Both the position numbers and the translations under genes were made by a program. The notes under the pieces are model-generated. The model was not told the DNA's origin. It did not search any database and saw only the letters and a list, made by a program, of their open reading frames with translations. From contig CAWBYW010000004.1 of assembly GCA_963792965.1 (NCBI GenBank), positions 160,001-224,000 on the forward strand: 64,000 nt of DNA, in the 5' to 3' direction. This DNA is from an uncultured delta proteobacterium. GTDB taxonomy: Bacteria > Desulfobacterota > Zymogenia > Zymogenales > Zymogenaceae. Below, in pieces: positions 27,598-37,866 of this stretch. Each line of letters begins with the position of its first letter. Position 1 is the first letter of the stretch.

Positions 27598-28817
27598 TCA
27601 GCAGAGAAAAGGACATTCACTATCCCGCCGACCAGTGCATCAAGTGCACGATCTGTGTTGAGCACTGCCCGGTGGTGAAAGTTACCGATAAGTTCCTCGG
27701 GCCCAAACAGGTGGGCCCCGATTTTCAGCGTTTCCGCAGCGAAAAGGACGATCCCCACGACGCCTCGGTGGACTATTGCACGGGCTGCCGCATCTGCGAC
27801 GTGGTCTGCCCATCCGGCGTGAATATCTCGGAGCTTAATATCCGGGCCAAGATCGCCGTCAAAGATAAGGAGGGGATCCCCATCAGGGACACGCTCCTGT
27901 CCCACGCCTATATGTTCGGCCAGCTCGGGAGCTTTGCGGCGCCGGCGGCCAACGCCTTCTTGCGGTTCCGCCCCTTCAGGTGGCTCTCCGATAAGCTCCT
28001 CCACCTGGAAAAGAGCGTCCGCTATCCGTTCTACCAGCGCGAGTCGTTCGAGAAGTGGATCAAGGACTATACCTTTACCTCGGACAGGAAGGTCGCCTAT
28101 TTCTACGGCTGCTTCACGAACTACAACGATCCCTCTATCGGCAAATCCGTTGTGAAGGTCCTCCAGAAAAACGGCATACAGGTCGTCTTCCCCGAGCAGG
28201 AGTGTTGCGGACTGCCGCTGTTGGGAAACGGCAACGTGAGAGAGGCCCGAAAGCTCGCCCGTCGTAACCTTGCCGGGCTCTTGTCGGCCGTCGACGACGG
28301 GCTGGATATTATCTATAGCTCCACTTCGTGCGGAATGATGATCCGGGACGACTACATCACCTACCTCGACCTCCCCGAGGCCGAGCCGCTCTTTGACCAC
28401 ATGAAGGAGATATCGGAGTATCTCTGGGGCCTCCACGAGAAGAGGGAGCTCAACACCGATTTTACCGACGTCAACATGGCCATGCCCTACCACGCCCCGT
28501 GCCACCTCCGGTCTCTCGGGATCGGGTTCCCGGCCATCGACGTGATGAACCTGATCCCGGGGCTGCGCGTCATGGATCTGGGCACCTATTGTTGCGGGCT
28601 TGCGGGCACATACGGATTCAAGAGTGATAAATACGAGATCACCAAGGCGATCGGGGCTGAGCTGGCCCTCCTCCTCAAGAAGATCGACGGGAAATACGCC
28701 ACGTCGGACTGCGAGGCATGCCGGATGCAGATAGAGAACCTTTCGGCCAAGAAGGCCATTCACCCCATCATCCCGCTGGTCTGGGCCTACGGGATCGACC
28801 TCAACGAGGAGTCGTAG
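27594..28817 (+). CDS. glpC: Anaerobic glycerol-3-phosphate dehydrogenase subunit C
   Basis: CIKCTICVEHCPV, GPKQVGPD, CTGCRICDVVCPSGV and CCG motifs. Confidence 0.93.
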   Translation: MISREKDIHYPADQCIKCTICVEHCPVVKVTDKFLGPKQVGPDFQRFRSEKDDPHDASVDYCTGCRICDVVCPSGVNISELNIRAKIAVKDKEGIPIRDTLLSHAYMFGQLGSFAAPAANAFLRFRPFRWLSDKLLHLEKSVRYPFYQRESFEKWIKDYTFTSDRKVAYFYGCFTNYNDPSIGKSVVKVLQKNGIQVVFPEQECCGLPLLGNGNVREARKLARRNLAGLLSAVDDGLDIIYSSTSCGMMIRDDYITYLDLPEAEPLFDHMKEISEYLWGLHEKRELNTDFTDVNMAMPYHAPCHLRSLGIGFPAIDVMNLIPGLRVMDLGTYCCGLAGTYGFKSDKYEITKAIGAELALLLKKIDGKYATSDCEACRMQIENLSAKKAIHPIIPLVWAYGIDLNEES

Positions 28818-28823
28818 AGGGCT

Positions 28824-29816
28824 ATGGAGTCGCCGCCGACCAGGAGAAGACAGAGGGCCGGCCGCTCGGAAATCCACACGATCACCCTCCCGCTCCTCTT
28901 CCCCCTCTTTCCGGTGAACATCTACGTCATCGACGGAGAGATCCCCACCCTCATCGACACGGGCCTTTCGACAGACGTGGGATGGGAGACACTCGTGCAG
29001 GGGCTTTCGGCCCTCAAGCTTTCGCCCAAAGATATCCGGCGGGTGATCCTGACGCACGGTCACATCGATCACGTAGGCCTAGTTGAGAAACTCCTGGAGG
29101 CGGGTCGCCCGGAAGTATTCATCCACACCGACGACGCCGACCGGATCACGTGCGACGTTGAGCTGTTGGTCGATCGGATCGAGAAAAACGCCGTCAGGCT
29201 CAAGAAGATGGGCATCGCGCCGCGAGATGTAGACCGGCTCTTCAGGACCTACATCTCGATGTTGAGGAGATACTATATACGGCTCGACACAGTTAAGACC
29301 CTTGCCGAGGGTGATACGCTTGAGTTTTCCGGTTTTACCCTTACCGCCGTGCACACGCCGGGGCATACGGCGGGAAGCACGTGTCTCTTCGATGCCGCCA
29401 GCCGTGTCCTCTTTTCCGGCGACCACATCATGGAGGGGACCCCGACAAACCCGCTGGCGGAGATGACGCAACAAGAGGGCGTCGGGCTTGTCCCGTACCT
29501 CGCCTCGCTCAAGAGAGTCCTCGGTATTTTGCCCGAGAGGATCCTCCCCGGCCACGGGCCGGTAATCGATGCGCCCCGGCATTACATCGGGGATATCGTG
29601 GGTTATCACGAAAAACTGGTACGGGATATAGAAGTGGCGCTGTGTCGGGAGTGGACGAGCCCCATCGAGCTCACCAGGAGGCTCTTTCCCGATCTCTCGG
29701 GGATATTCTCGTCTAACGTCGTCTTCGAGGTCTACAGCCACCTCGTGCAATTCACACAAGAGGGCAGGGCGATGCACGAGGAGAGGGAAGGGGGATACTA
29801 TTTCAGGTGCGGTTAG
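28824..29816 (+). CDS. Metallo-beta-lactamase-fold hydrolase
   Basis: LIDTG, THGHIDH, PGHT, SGDH and PGHG. Confidence 0.88.
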   Translation: MESPPTRRRQRAGRSEIHTITLPLLFPLFPVNIYVIDGEIPTLIDTGLSTDVGWETLVQGLSALKLSPKDIRRVILTHGHIDHVGLVEKLLEAGRPEVFIHTDDADRITCDVELLVDRIEKNAVRLKKMGIAPRDVDRLFRTYISMLRRYYIRLDTVKTLAEGDTLEFSGFTLTAVHTPGHTAGSTCLFDAASRVLFSGDHIMEGTPTNPLAEMTQQEGVGLVPYLASLKRVLGILPERILPGHGPVIDAPRHYIGDIVGYHEKLVRDIEVALCREWTSPIELTRRLFPDLSGIFSSNVVFEVYSHLVQFTQEGRAMHEEREGGYYFRCG

Positions 29817-29883
29817 ATGCCGCCGCACACATAACGGCCTTCCCGGGAATGATCTTCTCTATCACTCCCGGGCATTTCCGGTC

Positions 29884-30957
29884 CTATGCCTCATTCATCC
29901 TGACCCCCATCCCCGGTCCCTCGGGCACGGGGATGACCTTCCGCTCGAAATCGACCGTAAATCCGGTCGCGATATCCTTTTTCAGGAACGCGGGTCCGAT
30001 CACCTCGCAGGCGATGATCCCGGGCTTTGCCGCGGCCAGGTGCATGCCGGCGGCGCTCCCGAGCGAGGATTCGAGCATCGACCCGACCACCGTGGGGAGG
30101 TGCGCGGCCTCGGCGATCGCGTAGATCTTCGCGGCTCGGAGCAGGCCCCCAGACTTCATCAGCTTGATGTTGATGATGTCGGCCGCGCCCAGCTTTATCA
30201 CCTCAATTGCGTCCTCGGGGGAGAGACACCCTTCATCCACCATGATCGGGAAGGACGAGTGCCGCCTGACCTCGGCAAGCGCCGGGAGGTTCGCGGCTGC
30301 CGTCGGCTGTTCCACCCATTTGATCGGTCGCCCCTTGATCATCTCGAGGGCCCCGATCGCCGTCGGAGCGTCTTTCCATCCCTGGTTGATGTCCAGCGAG
30401 AGCCGCGCCTTTGGCGCGGCGTCGCAGATCAGCCTCACGCGCTCGGCGTCCTCTTCGGGGGTCGTGCCGAGCTTTATTTTCATCTCCCGAAAGCCTCCTC
30501 GGTAGAACCCGTCGGCATAGCCGGCCATGACGGCCGGCTCATCCAGCGGGATAACGGGGTAAAAGGCGATAGAGCCCCGGCTCCTGCCCCCAAGCAGTTG
30601 ATATGCGGGGAGTCCCACGGCCTTTCCCATCAGGTCGAAGAGGGCCATGTCGAGCGCGGCCCAGGCGGTGGGTGAGGCCGGGGCACGCTTTAGGGCCGCG
30701 ACCATGATCGCCTCGATGTCGAAGGGGTCTTTCCCGACGAGCTCGCCTGAGAGCGTGTTCAGCGCCGTTTTCACGCTGGCGCGTGTCTCCCCCGTTACCT
30801 CGAAGTCGGGAGCGCCTTCCCCGTATCCGATCGTGCCGTCGTCGGCCTCGATCTTTATGAGGACGTATTCCAAGAAGGCGAAGGTGCCGTATGAGACCAC
30901 GAGGGGCACAACCGGGACGAGGTCCAGGTCGAGGATTTGAATTTCTTTGATTTTCAC
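29884..30957 (-). CDS. Enolase-superfamily (MLE subgroup) racemase/epimerase, N-acylamino acid racemase-like
   Basis: KIK, DINQGW, EQP, DE, NIKLMKSGG and GSMLES, with C-terminal EVIGP. Confidence 0.85.
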   Translation of the reverse strand: MKIKEIQILDLDLVPVVPLVVSYGTFAFLEYVLIKIEADDGTIGYGEGAPDFEVTGETRASVKTALNTLSGELVGKDPFDIEAIMVAALKRAPASPTAWAALDMALFDLMGKAVGLPAYQLLGGRSRGSIAFYPVIPLDEPAVMAGYADGFYRGGFREMKIKLGTTPEEDAERVRLICDAAPKARLSLDINQGWKDAPTAIGALEMIKGRPIKWVEQPTAAANLPALAEVRRHSSFPIMVDEGCLSPEDAIEVIKLGAADIINIKLMKSGGLLRAAKIYAIAEAAHLPTVVGSMLESSLGSAAGMHLAAAKPGIIACEVIGPAFLKKDIATGFTVDFERKVIPVPEGPGMGVRMNEA

Positions 30958-32139
30958 GCCGTTTTTTTCTCCTTCCTGAAGATCACCGGAATCATCGGTA
31001 ACACCAACACGTTGATCGCGGCAAATACAAGGAACGTCCCGCGGAAACCGATCTTATCGATGAGGATCCCGGCGAGGCCCTGTCCGAGGGCGATGCCGAA
31101 ATTTCCCACCGCCATGAAGACCGCAAACATCGTAGCGGCGATGCGTACGTCGCTAAAGTCCATGCTAAGGGCAAAGTAGACGGTCTCGTAGAAACCGAAG
31201 GCGGCCCCGAAGAGAAAGAGGAGGACGTAGGCGACTGAGAGGCCGGACGTCGCCGCGATCAACAGGATCGTCACCGTGGAGAAGATCAGGGCCGCAAAGA
31301 GGGAGGGCTTGTGTCCGATACGATCCAGGAACGTCCCCCCGAGGGCGGCGCCCGCGGCGGTGCCGATCCCGAATATTGCCGTGATGAAGCCGACGTTGAG
31401 CATGGTAATCCCGAGTCCCTCTTTCAGGAACGCGTTCACGATTCCCTCGACGCTGTAGATGGCCAGCGTGTAGAGAAACCCGACCAGCACCAGGAACGCA
31501 ACCGGCAGGGAGACGAATGACTTGAAGGCGGAGAGATGAAACTCCTTCTGCGCGGGACGTGCTCCCTCCGGCCGGGAGCATCATAAACCAGGCCAGGGGC
31601 AGGAGGGTGACGGCGCCGATCCCCCAGAAGACCGGCTTCCAGCCCCAATAATGGGTGATATACCCGATGGAAACGGCCGCGATGACCGCCCCCACGGACC
31701 TCCCGCCGACCATAATACCCTGGACAAACCCCCGGAGGTTTTCCGGCGTCGTGTCGAGGGCAAGGCCGTCGGTGGCGGTGTCGAACATCGACATGCCGAA
31801 CGCGACCGCGAACAACACCGCGGTAAACGGGACGAGGCCCGTGACGGGAGAGAAAAAGGGCACGAGGACGACGAGCCCCCCCTCGATGAGAAGGCCGATG
31901 AAGATGAGCGGCTTGCGGTGCCCGAGCCCGAAGAGATTGACCGAGTCGGAAAAGAACCCGATGAAGATCTTCAGGACGAACGGGATGAGCACCACGGAGC
32001 TGATGAGCCCGATGGAGGTAAAAGAGAGGCCGAACGTCCGCATGTAGAGGATATTAAATCCCGTAAAATAGGTGATGAGCATACCCTCGAGAAAGTAGAC
32101 GAGGCCGTAAAAGCCGCCAAAAAGGTATTTGTTTTCCAT
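30954..32139 (-). CDS. MFS transporter (AmpG-like); one +1 frameshift at about 31568-31576
   Basis: YFLEG, PFVLKI..G..SD, HRKP and DTATDGLA. The two ORFs join to about 394 aa with about 12 TM helices. GTGA overlap with the racemase. Confidence 0.8.
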
Positions 32140-32264
32140 CCGCTGCCCCCTTTGTCCGTCGTCGACCCTACGGCGTCACTGCGGCGCCGTTGGTGACGTA
32201 AACAAGAAAGGCCCTCGCATCGAGGGCCTGATTACCGAAATCATTGAAACATCCCCCTCTTTCC

Positions 32265-32989
32265 CTATCCGTCTTTCTTTACCCACATTTCCCAGAGCGG
32301 AACAAAGAAAAAGAAAAGGAAAGTAATGCCGAGGATACCGCCGCCCGCCACGATCAAATAGGCGAAGAAGACCGACGCCTTGGCCAGCCACCAGGAGACG
32401 ACATCGGCCACGATGCCGAAATAGGCCAGGAATACGAGGGTGATCTTCCACCGATCCTTGACCCTGGTGGCAAGGAAGATCAACGAGAGGAGTAAGAACA
32501 TCATACCGTGAGAGATGAGGTGGGTATGAGAAAGGGATGCAAGGCGAGCGGAGGAACGCCGGTGGAGATCTCCACGTATTTCATCACCTCGTCAAAGGAC
32601 GTGAGGGGCGAGTTCGCCTCGGGCCCGTCTTTGCTGTGGCACATGACGCAGCTCTTCTTCAGGATGGGGGAGACGACCGTCTCGTATTCCTCCTTGGTAG
32701 CGCCGGCTCTGATCCAGCCGATGACTGCGTCCCGGTCCGTTTCGGAGGCGTAGTAGGTGGCCATAGATCCCGGCGCTCTTGGCTTCGAGGATGGTGCTCT
32801 CCCTGTCGCCGCAATAGGTCACGATGATGTCGTCTCATCGAAAGGCCGGGCATCTTGTCTGCGTCCTTATGGGTGAGGTAGAGGGTGTAGAGTGAAAAGA
32901 TGTAGCCCAGGCCTAATGGTGAGGAGGAAGAGGGTGATGAGCACCTTTGCCGGTACTCCGAGCTTCGAGAGTCCTTTTTCAAACAACAT
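32265..32989 (-). pseudogene. Membrane-bound monoheme cytochrome c protein broken by four frameshifts (probably sequence errors)
   Basis: Reconstruction of about 240 aa: MLFEKGLSKLGVPAKVLITLFLLTIGLGYIFS...MDDIIVTYCGDRESTILEAKSAGSMATY...KSCVMCH...ARLASLSHTHLISHGMMFLLLSLIF plus TM helices. Confidence 0.7.
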
Positions 32990-33140
32990 GTAATCGTCCC
33001 TTCAGTAATAAGATGACAGATTTCTTAGGGAATCGGCCGAGGCCCAAGGACCTCCCGATATCCCTTCCGGGAGACTCCTGCCTTTGATATTCGAGAAAAA
33101 AGTACCGTCGCCGTCCGAACAGTGGGCCGCGCCGGGGTTT

Positions 33141-33387
33141 CTACCCGCCGCCGACGACGTTGAGGATCTTGATCTCATCGCCATCGGAGAGCTTCTGGTC
33201 CGGTGTTACCCGGCTCCCGTTGATCATGACGACGATCGGGATATCAATCCCAAGGGCGCCGGCTTTCCGGAGGACCTTTTTCAGCTTATCGCCCTCGGCC
33301 ACCTCGTAGGTGCCCGCCTTGACGTGCTGGGCGACGATGCCGTAGGGCTTTACGGTCACCGAGATCTTTTTTGTACTCGAAAAACAT
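33141..33387 (-). CDS. MoaD/ThiS-family ubiquitin-like sulfur carrier
   Basis: VMING...L.DGDEIKILNVVGGG C-terminus. Start is either GTG 33422 or ATG 33387 with an extra T in a T5 run. Confidence 0.8.
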
Positions 33388-33470
33388 CCTGATCCTACCC
33401 CTACCCGAAGTGAACGGTTCACGCCAAATCGGCTCCTGACTCGTCCGTCTCTTCGAGAAAAAACTGATGC

Positions 33471-33499
33471 ACCATACCATATGTGCCCGGAGATGGCAA
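33471..33499 (-). promoter_or_regulatory. Sigma70 promoter for the ThiS-like gene
   Basis: Minus strand TTGCCA-17 nt-TATGGT. Confidence 0.5.
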
Positions 33500-33538
33500 G
33501 GGCGAGGTCATTTTTTTCTCACGGCCGAGGAATAGACG

Positions 33539-35717
33539 CTACGGCTTGAGGGTCTTATACCTCCCGCTCTGCCAGGCCTTTATATCGGAGGTGTAGTAGG
33601 GCGAATACCTCCGGTCCGACGGTCCGCCGGCGATGTTCGTATGGACGGCGGTCTCACCGAGGTCGGCTATCAGCCGGAAGGAGGGCGCAAAGCTCGTCTG
33701 TCTTCCGGCTATCTTGAAAATCTGTCCCTGAACGATGGTGGCGCGGTTGCCCGGCAGCTCTATCGGGCCGAAGTCGAAGCCGAGGATGCGGGGGAGCTTT
33801 CCGCCGAAGAAAAGATTTGCCATGAGGACCTTGTGGACCTTACCGTACGGGACGGTGGGTTTCTTGAGGGCGCGCTCGATGGCCGTTCGGTAGATCTCTT
33901 CCCGCGTCTTGTCCCCGAACCATTTCGATTTGCTTGCAAGGAGGATACGGTCAAAATTGTCTGAAAAAGTCGTTGAAGAGCCCCGTATCGGCGTACGTGT
34001 GGTCGATCACGCGTCTGCCCATGCCGAGGTCGCCGAAGACGAGCCGCAAGAGCTCTTCGTAGACCCGCTCAAAGAGGGTCGCGCCCTCGGACTTCGTATC
34101 GTAGCAGAGGTCCCAGTCGCGGAGGATCTTTCCATTTCCCGTATCGGGAGTTAGGGGCCCGATGATCTTCATGAAGAGCTCGGCCTGGCGCGAATAGAGG
34201 TCATACTGGATCTTCTTCATCGCCTCCACGTCGAGGAGCTTCGTCTTCTTCAGCAGGTCCCTGATCCGGTCGCCACGGTAGCTCCCCATCGGGAGGCTCT
34301 GGACGACGACCTTGGAGATATGCGAGAAATCCTCGTTGGCGGTGGCGATATAGCCCTCCTTGGGGTTATAGACGCGGGGGTAGCTCGTCGGCGGCACGAT
34401 GCCCTTCCACTGATCGCCCTTCTCCCACCCGAGATACGGGAGCAGCCCCGACGTCCCCTTTTTCTTTTTCGGAAAGCTCCCGCTCATCTGGTAGCCGATG
34501 TTTCCGGCAATATCCGCAGCCACCCAGTTGAAGGCCGCAAACGTGAGCCCCGCAAAGCATCCCATCGCCTCCTTCACGTTCTTAGTCTTGGGGATCTTCA
34601 GGATACTGTCCATGGACTCGGCCGCTGTGCCGCGGCGGGAAGACCAGGCAAACGAGAGCCAGTAGCCGTCTTTGTCCGGTTCCCCCTCGAGCACGCCGTT
34701 TTCGCTCTCGTAGAATTTCAGCGTGACGGGGGCCTTCTTCTTGGGCCGGATGATCTCCTCGCGTACGGTAAAGGGCATTCGCTTTTTCCCGCGCAGGCAT
34801 TTCTTGTCTTTTACGTCCTCGATAAAATAGTCGATCGTGTCCATGAAGCCGTAGGTGACCGACCAGGCAACGTTATTCGAGCGCCCCAGCACGAGGGCCG
34901 GGATGCCCGGCAGGGTGGCGCCGGCCATAAAGAAATCGCCCGAAACCATCACTGCCTCGTACCAGACGGCCGGGAGCCGGCTGACCTCGAGGTGGGGGTC
35001 ACCGCAGAGGATGGCCTTCTTCGATCTGGACCTTTCGGGCGAGACCGCCCAGTTGTTACTCGCAGAAAAGCGCGTGAGATTCGTGAGCCACTTTACCGAC
35101 TCGGGCACGATGGGGCTCGTGAGGTTGACCTTCTTAATGATGTCGACGAGCTCTTTTTTCGGCCGCTCCATCGGGGGCAAGAGCTCCATAATCTTGGGTA
35201 TGGGGACGCCCTCCCTGATCATCTGGATGACGAACTTTTCCATGTCGCCCTGGGACTGGGTCAGGCCGATAAAGCCGATGATCCTGGCCATGAGGACGAT
35301 ATCCTCCGGCGTCCAGGGGTCCGGCTTGTAGCCGGCGAGCTTGAACTCAAACGGCACCCCGGCATCGGCAACGCCCTTGTTGACGCCGGCGCAGTAGGCG
35401 TCGATGATCGCCCGGGTCCCTTTGCCGAGCTTCTTGACCTCCTCTTTCGCGTCGCCGCCCAGCGATATCCAGCGCATGTATTTGTCCACGGCGATCAGCT
35501 CGTCGTCCCCCGCGAGCTTTTCGGAGGCCCGGCCCTGGCCGATGAGCTTGACGAGCCACATGGCAAGCTGCCGGTCGGTGCCGTGCATGTAGCCGAGCCC
35601 CCAGTAGAGATCGATCTCATAGTCGGCCCGGATGTGGGGCACACCGCCCGCAACCCGCTTGATGACGACGCTCCCTTTGGTGCCTCTGAGGACGGTTTCG
35701 GTATCGGTTATCTTCAT
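33539..35717 (-). CDS. Penicillin acylase / AHL-acylase family Ntn-hydrolase; one +1 frameshift at about 33962-33968
   Basis: GVPHI.A, GLGY.HG.DR, catalytic SNNWAV, DPHL and ATAN, with C-terminal APSFRLIADL..GGPS. About 725 aa when joined; no signal peptide. Confidence 0.88.
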
Positions 35718-35752
35718 AATGACTCCGTGTGATATAGTTATCAATGCCCGTA

Positions 35753-35905
35753 TATGTAGCACTAAGCCGTTCCCATTTCAAGGAAAAATGGCTGCTCTTG
35801 CCGATTTGCCTCTCAGGTATTCACGTTGGGTGCCTCCAGAGCGGGGCGTCGTTGTCTACTCTATTGCGCCGGGTCATTGACATTTCTTCCACGCGCGGGT
35901 ATCGT
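35753..35905. promoter_or_regulatory. Divergent sigma70 promoters (acylase on minus, SDR on plus)
   Basis: Minus strand TTGAAA-17-TACATA (35781-35753); plus strand TTGACA-17-TATCGT (35877-35905). Confidence 0.55.
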
Positions 35906-35966
35906 ATATATCACTTCCTGCGCAAAGTCATGCCTTCGGTTTACCAGTACCTTCTACGAGGGACTT

Positions 35967-36797
35967 ATGAAGAAGCACGATTTTTCCGGCGAGAAGGTCC
36001 TCATCACCGGCGCGTCGACCGGTATCGGGAGGGCGCTGGCGGTCGAGTTCGCCAAGCGGGGCGCGCTCCTCGCCCTCAACGCCCTGCCGAAAGAAGAAGG
36101 GCTCTTAGTGGGACTCGCGGACGAGCTGAAGCGAGCCTACGGCACGAAAACGACACTCTTTGGTCTCGATCTCCTCTCCCTGGGCGCGCCGGAAAGGCTC
36201 TACCGTGCCGTCTCAAAGAAATTCGGGGTGCCCTACGCGCTGGTCAACAACGCCGGCACCATCGCCTACGGGCGGGTCTGGGAGACGCCGCTCGAAGTCC
36301 AGATGAGGATCTACCGCCTCAACCTCGAAGTTCCGCTGGCCCTCATGCGCCTCTTTATCCCCGATATGGTCGGAGAGAAAAGGGGCGTCGTCTTCAACAC
36401 GGGGAGCCTCTCGGCATTCCAGCCCACGCCGTTTCACGCCGTCTACGGGAGCGCGAAGGCGGGCCTCCAGATGCTGTCGGAGGCGATCCGCGCGGAGCTT
36501 TCCGGCACCGGCGTCTCCGTCTGCACATTCAATCCTCCCTATACCGACACGGCGCTGCTGCGCGCCAAGGGTTTCCCCAAACAGGTGCGCTGGTACACGC
36601 TGGGAGGAGGGCTCAAGACGCCCGAATGGGTTGCACACAAGGCGATACGCGCCTTTGAAAAAGATAAGATGCTCTACGTGCCGGGGCTGCTGCCGAAGTT
36701 TGTGCACCTCTTCCTTAATCGCTTCGCACCACGCCGGGTCATCGACCTGGTCGGGTATTGGAGCCTCCAGGGAAAGAGGGGAGGCGAAACCTATTGA
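35967..36797 (+). CDS. Short-chain dehydrogenase/reductase, copy 1
   Basis: TGASTGIG, NNAG and YGSAK; GAGGGA SD before ATG 35967. Confidence 0.9.
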   Translation: MKKHDFSGEKVLITGASTGIGRALAVEFAKRGALLALNALPKEEGLLVGLADELKRAYGTKTTLFGLDLLSLGAPERLYRAVSKKFGVPYALVNNAGTIAYGRVWETPLEVQMRIYRLNLEVPLALMRLFIPDMVGEKRGVVFNTGSLSAFQPTPFHAVYGSAKAGLQMLSEAIRAELSGTGVSVCTFNPPYTDTALLRAKGFPKQVRWYTLGGGLKTPEWVAHKAIRAFEKDKMLYVPGLLPKFVHLFLNRFAPRRVIDLVGYWSLQGKRGGETY

Positions 36798-36928
36798 GCC
36801 TGACGAGACCTTGCCGATGATGGGGGACAAGCAATCTGATTGACTTTTTGTCCTGCTTTGACTATCCTCACCGTATGCATCGGGTGGCCGAGAGCCCATT
36901 ACTCCTCTATTTTTTGCGCGAGGGACTG

Positions 36929-37757
36929 ATGAAGAAACATGATTTCAGAGACAAGAAGGTGCTGATCACAGGGGCCGCGGGCGGAATCGGGAGCGCCCTG
37001 TCGGAAGAATTTGCCAAGCGGGGGGCCCAATTAGCGCTCTGCGGGCTTCCGGCGGAAAAGAAAAAGCTCACGGAGATGGCCGCACGGTTCAAAAAAGAAT
37101 ACGGAACCACAACCTGGCTCTTCCCCCTTGACCTCGCGGCCAAGGGCGGGCCGGACAAGCTCCACAGTGCGGTCAAGAAGAAGGTCGGCGATGTGTACGC
37201 GGTCGTCAACAATGCGGGTGCGGTCGCCTACGGGAGAGTCTGGGAGCTTCCCTGGGGACCCCAGGAGAAGACGCTGACGGTGAACCTCGCCGTCCCCCTC
37301 AGGATGATGTACCTCTTCATCCCGGACATGGTGAAGCGCGGCTCAGGCGTGATCTTCAACACCGCCTCCGTCCAGGCCTTCCAGCCCACCCCCTATCATA
37401 CCGTCTACTGCGCCACCAAGGCGGGCCTCCAGATGCTGTCGGAGGGTATCAGGGCCGAGCTGATCGGCACGGGCGTCTCTGGTCTGCACCCTCAATCCCC
37501 CCTACACCGACACGGCCATGCTCAGGACCAAGGGGTTTCCGAAGCAGATCCGTTTCTATAAGATCAGCGGGATCAAGGACCCGCGGTGGGTGGCGAAAAA
37601 GGCCTTACGCGCCTTCGAAAAGGACAAGTTCCTCTATGTCCCCGGCCTCTGGGCAAAGTTCATCCACCTCGTTGTCATCCGCTTCTCGCCCCGGCGGCTC
37701 GTGGACTACGTGACCTATCACCTCCTGAAGGGAACCAAGAAAGCGGGGACGTACTGA
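36929..37757 (+). CDS. Short-chain dehydrogenase/reductase, copy 2; one +1 frameshift at about 37481
   Basis: TGAAGGIG, NNAG and YCATK. Removing one G restores GVSVCTLNPPYTDT, as in copy 1. Confidence 0.85.
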
Positions 37758-37866
37758 AGAGAGACGGCTTTGAGGGGCGGCGGATCTCATTCCGAGGCCG
37801 CTCTCGGCGCGGCGCGGGGGGACTGAGACCGCGTGCGGCGTATGTCCCTCTCAGGTGAGGAGTGGG

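Noticed and set aside
27168-29072. Long antisense ORFs (e.g. 634 aa here; also 62170-63996, 34320-35732 and 13217-14506)
   Set aside because: Shadow ORFs opposite well-supported genes, expected from high GC3 codon bias; no motifs.
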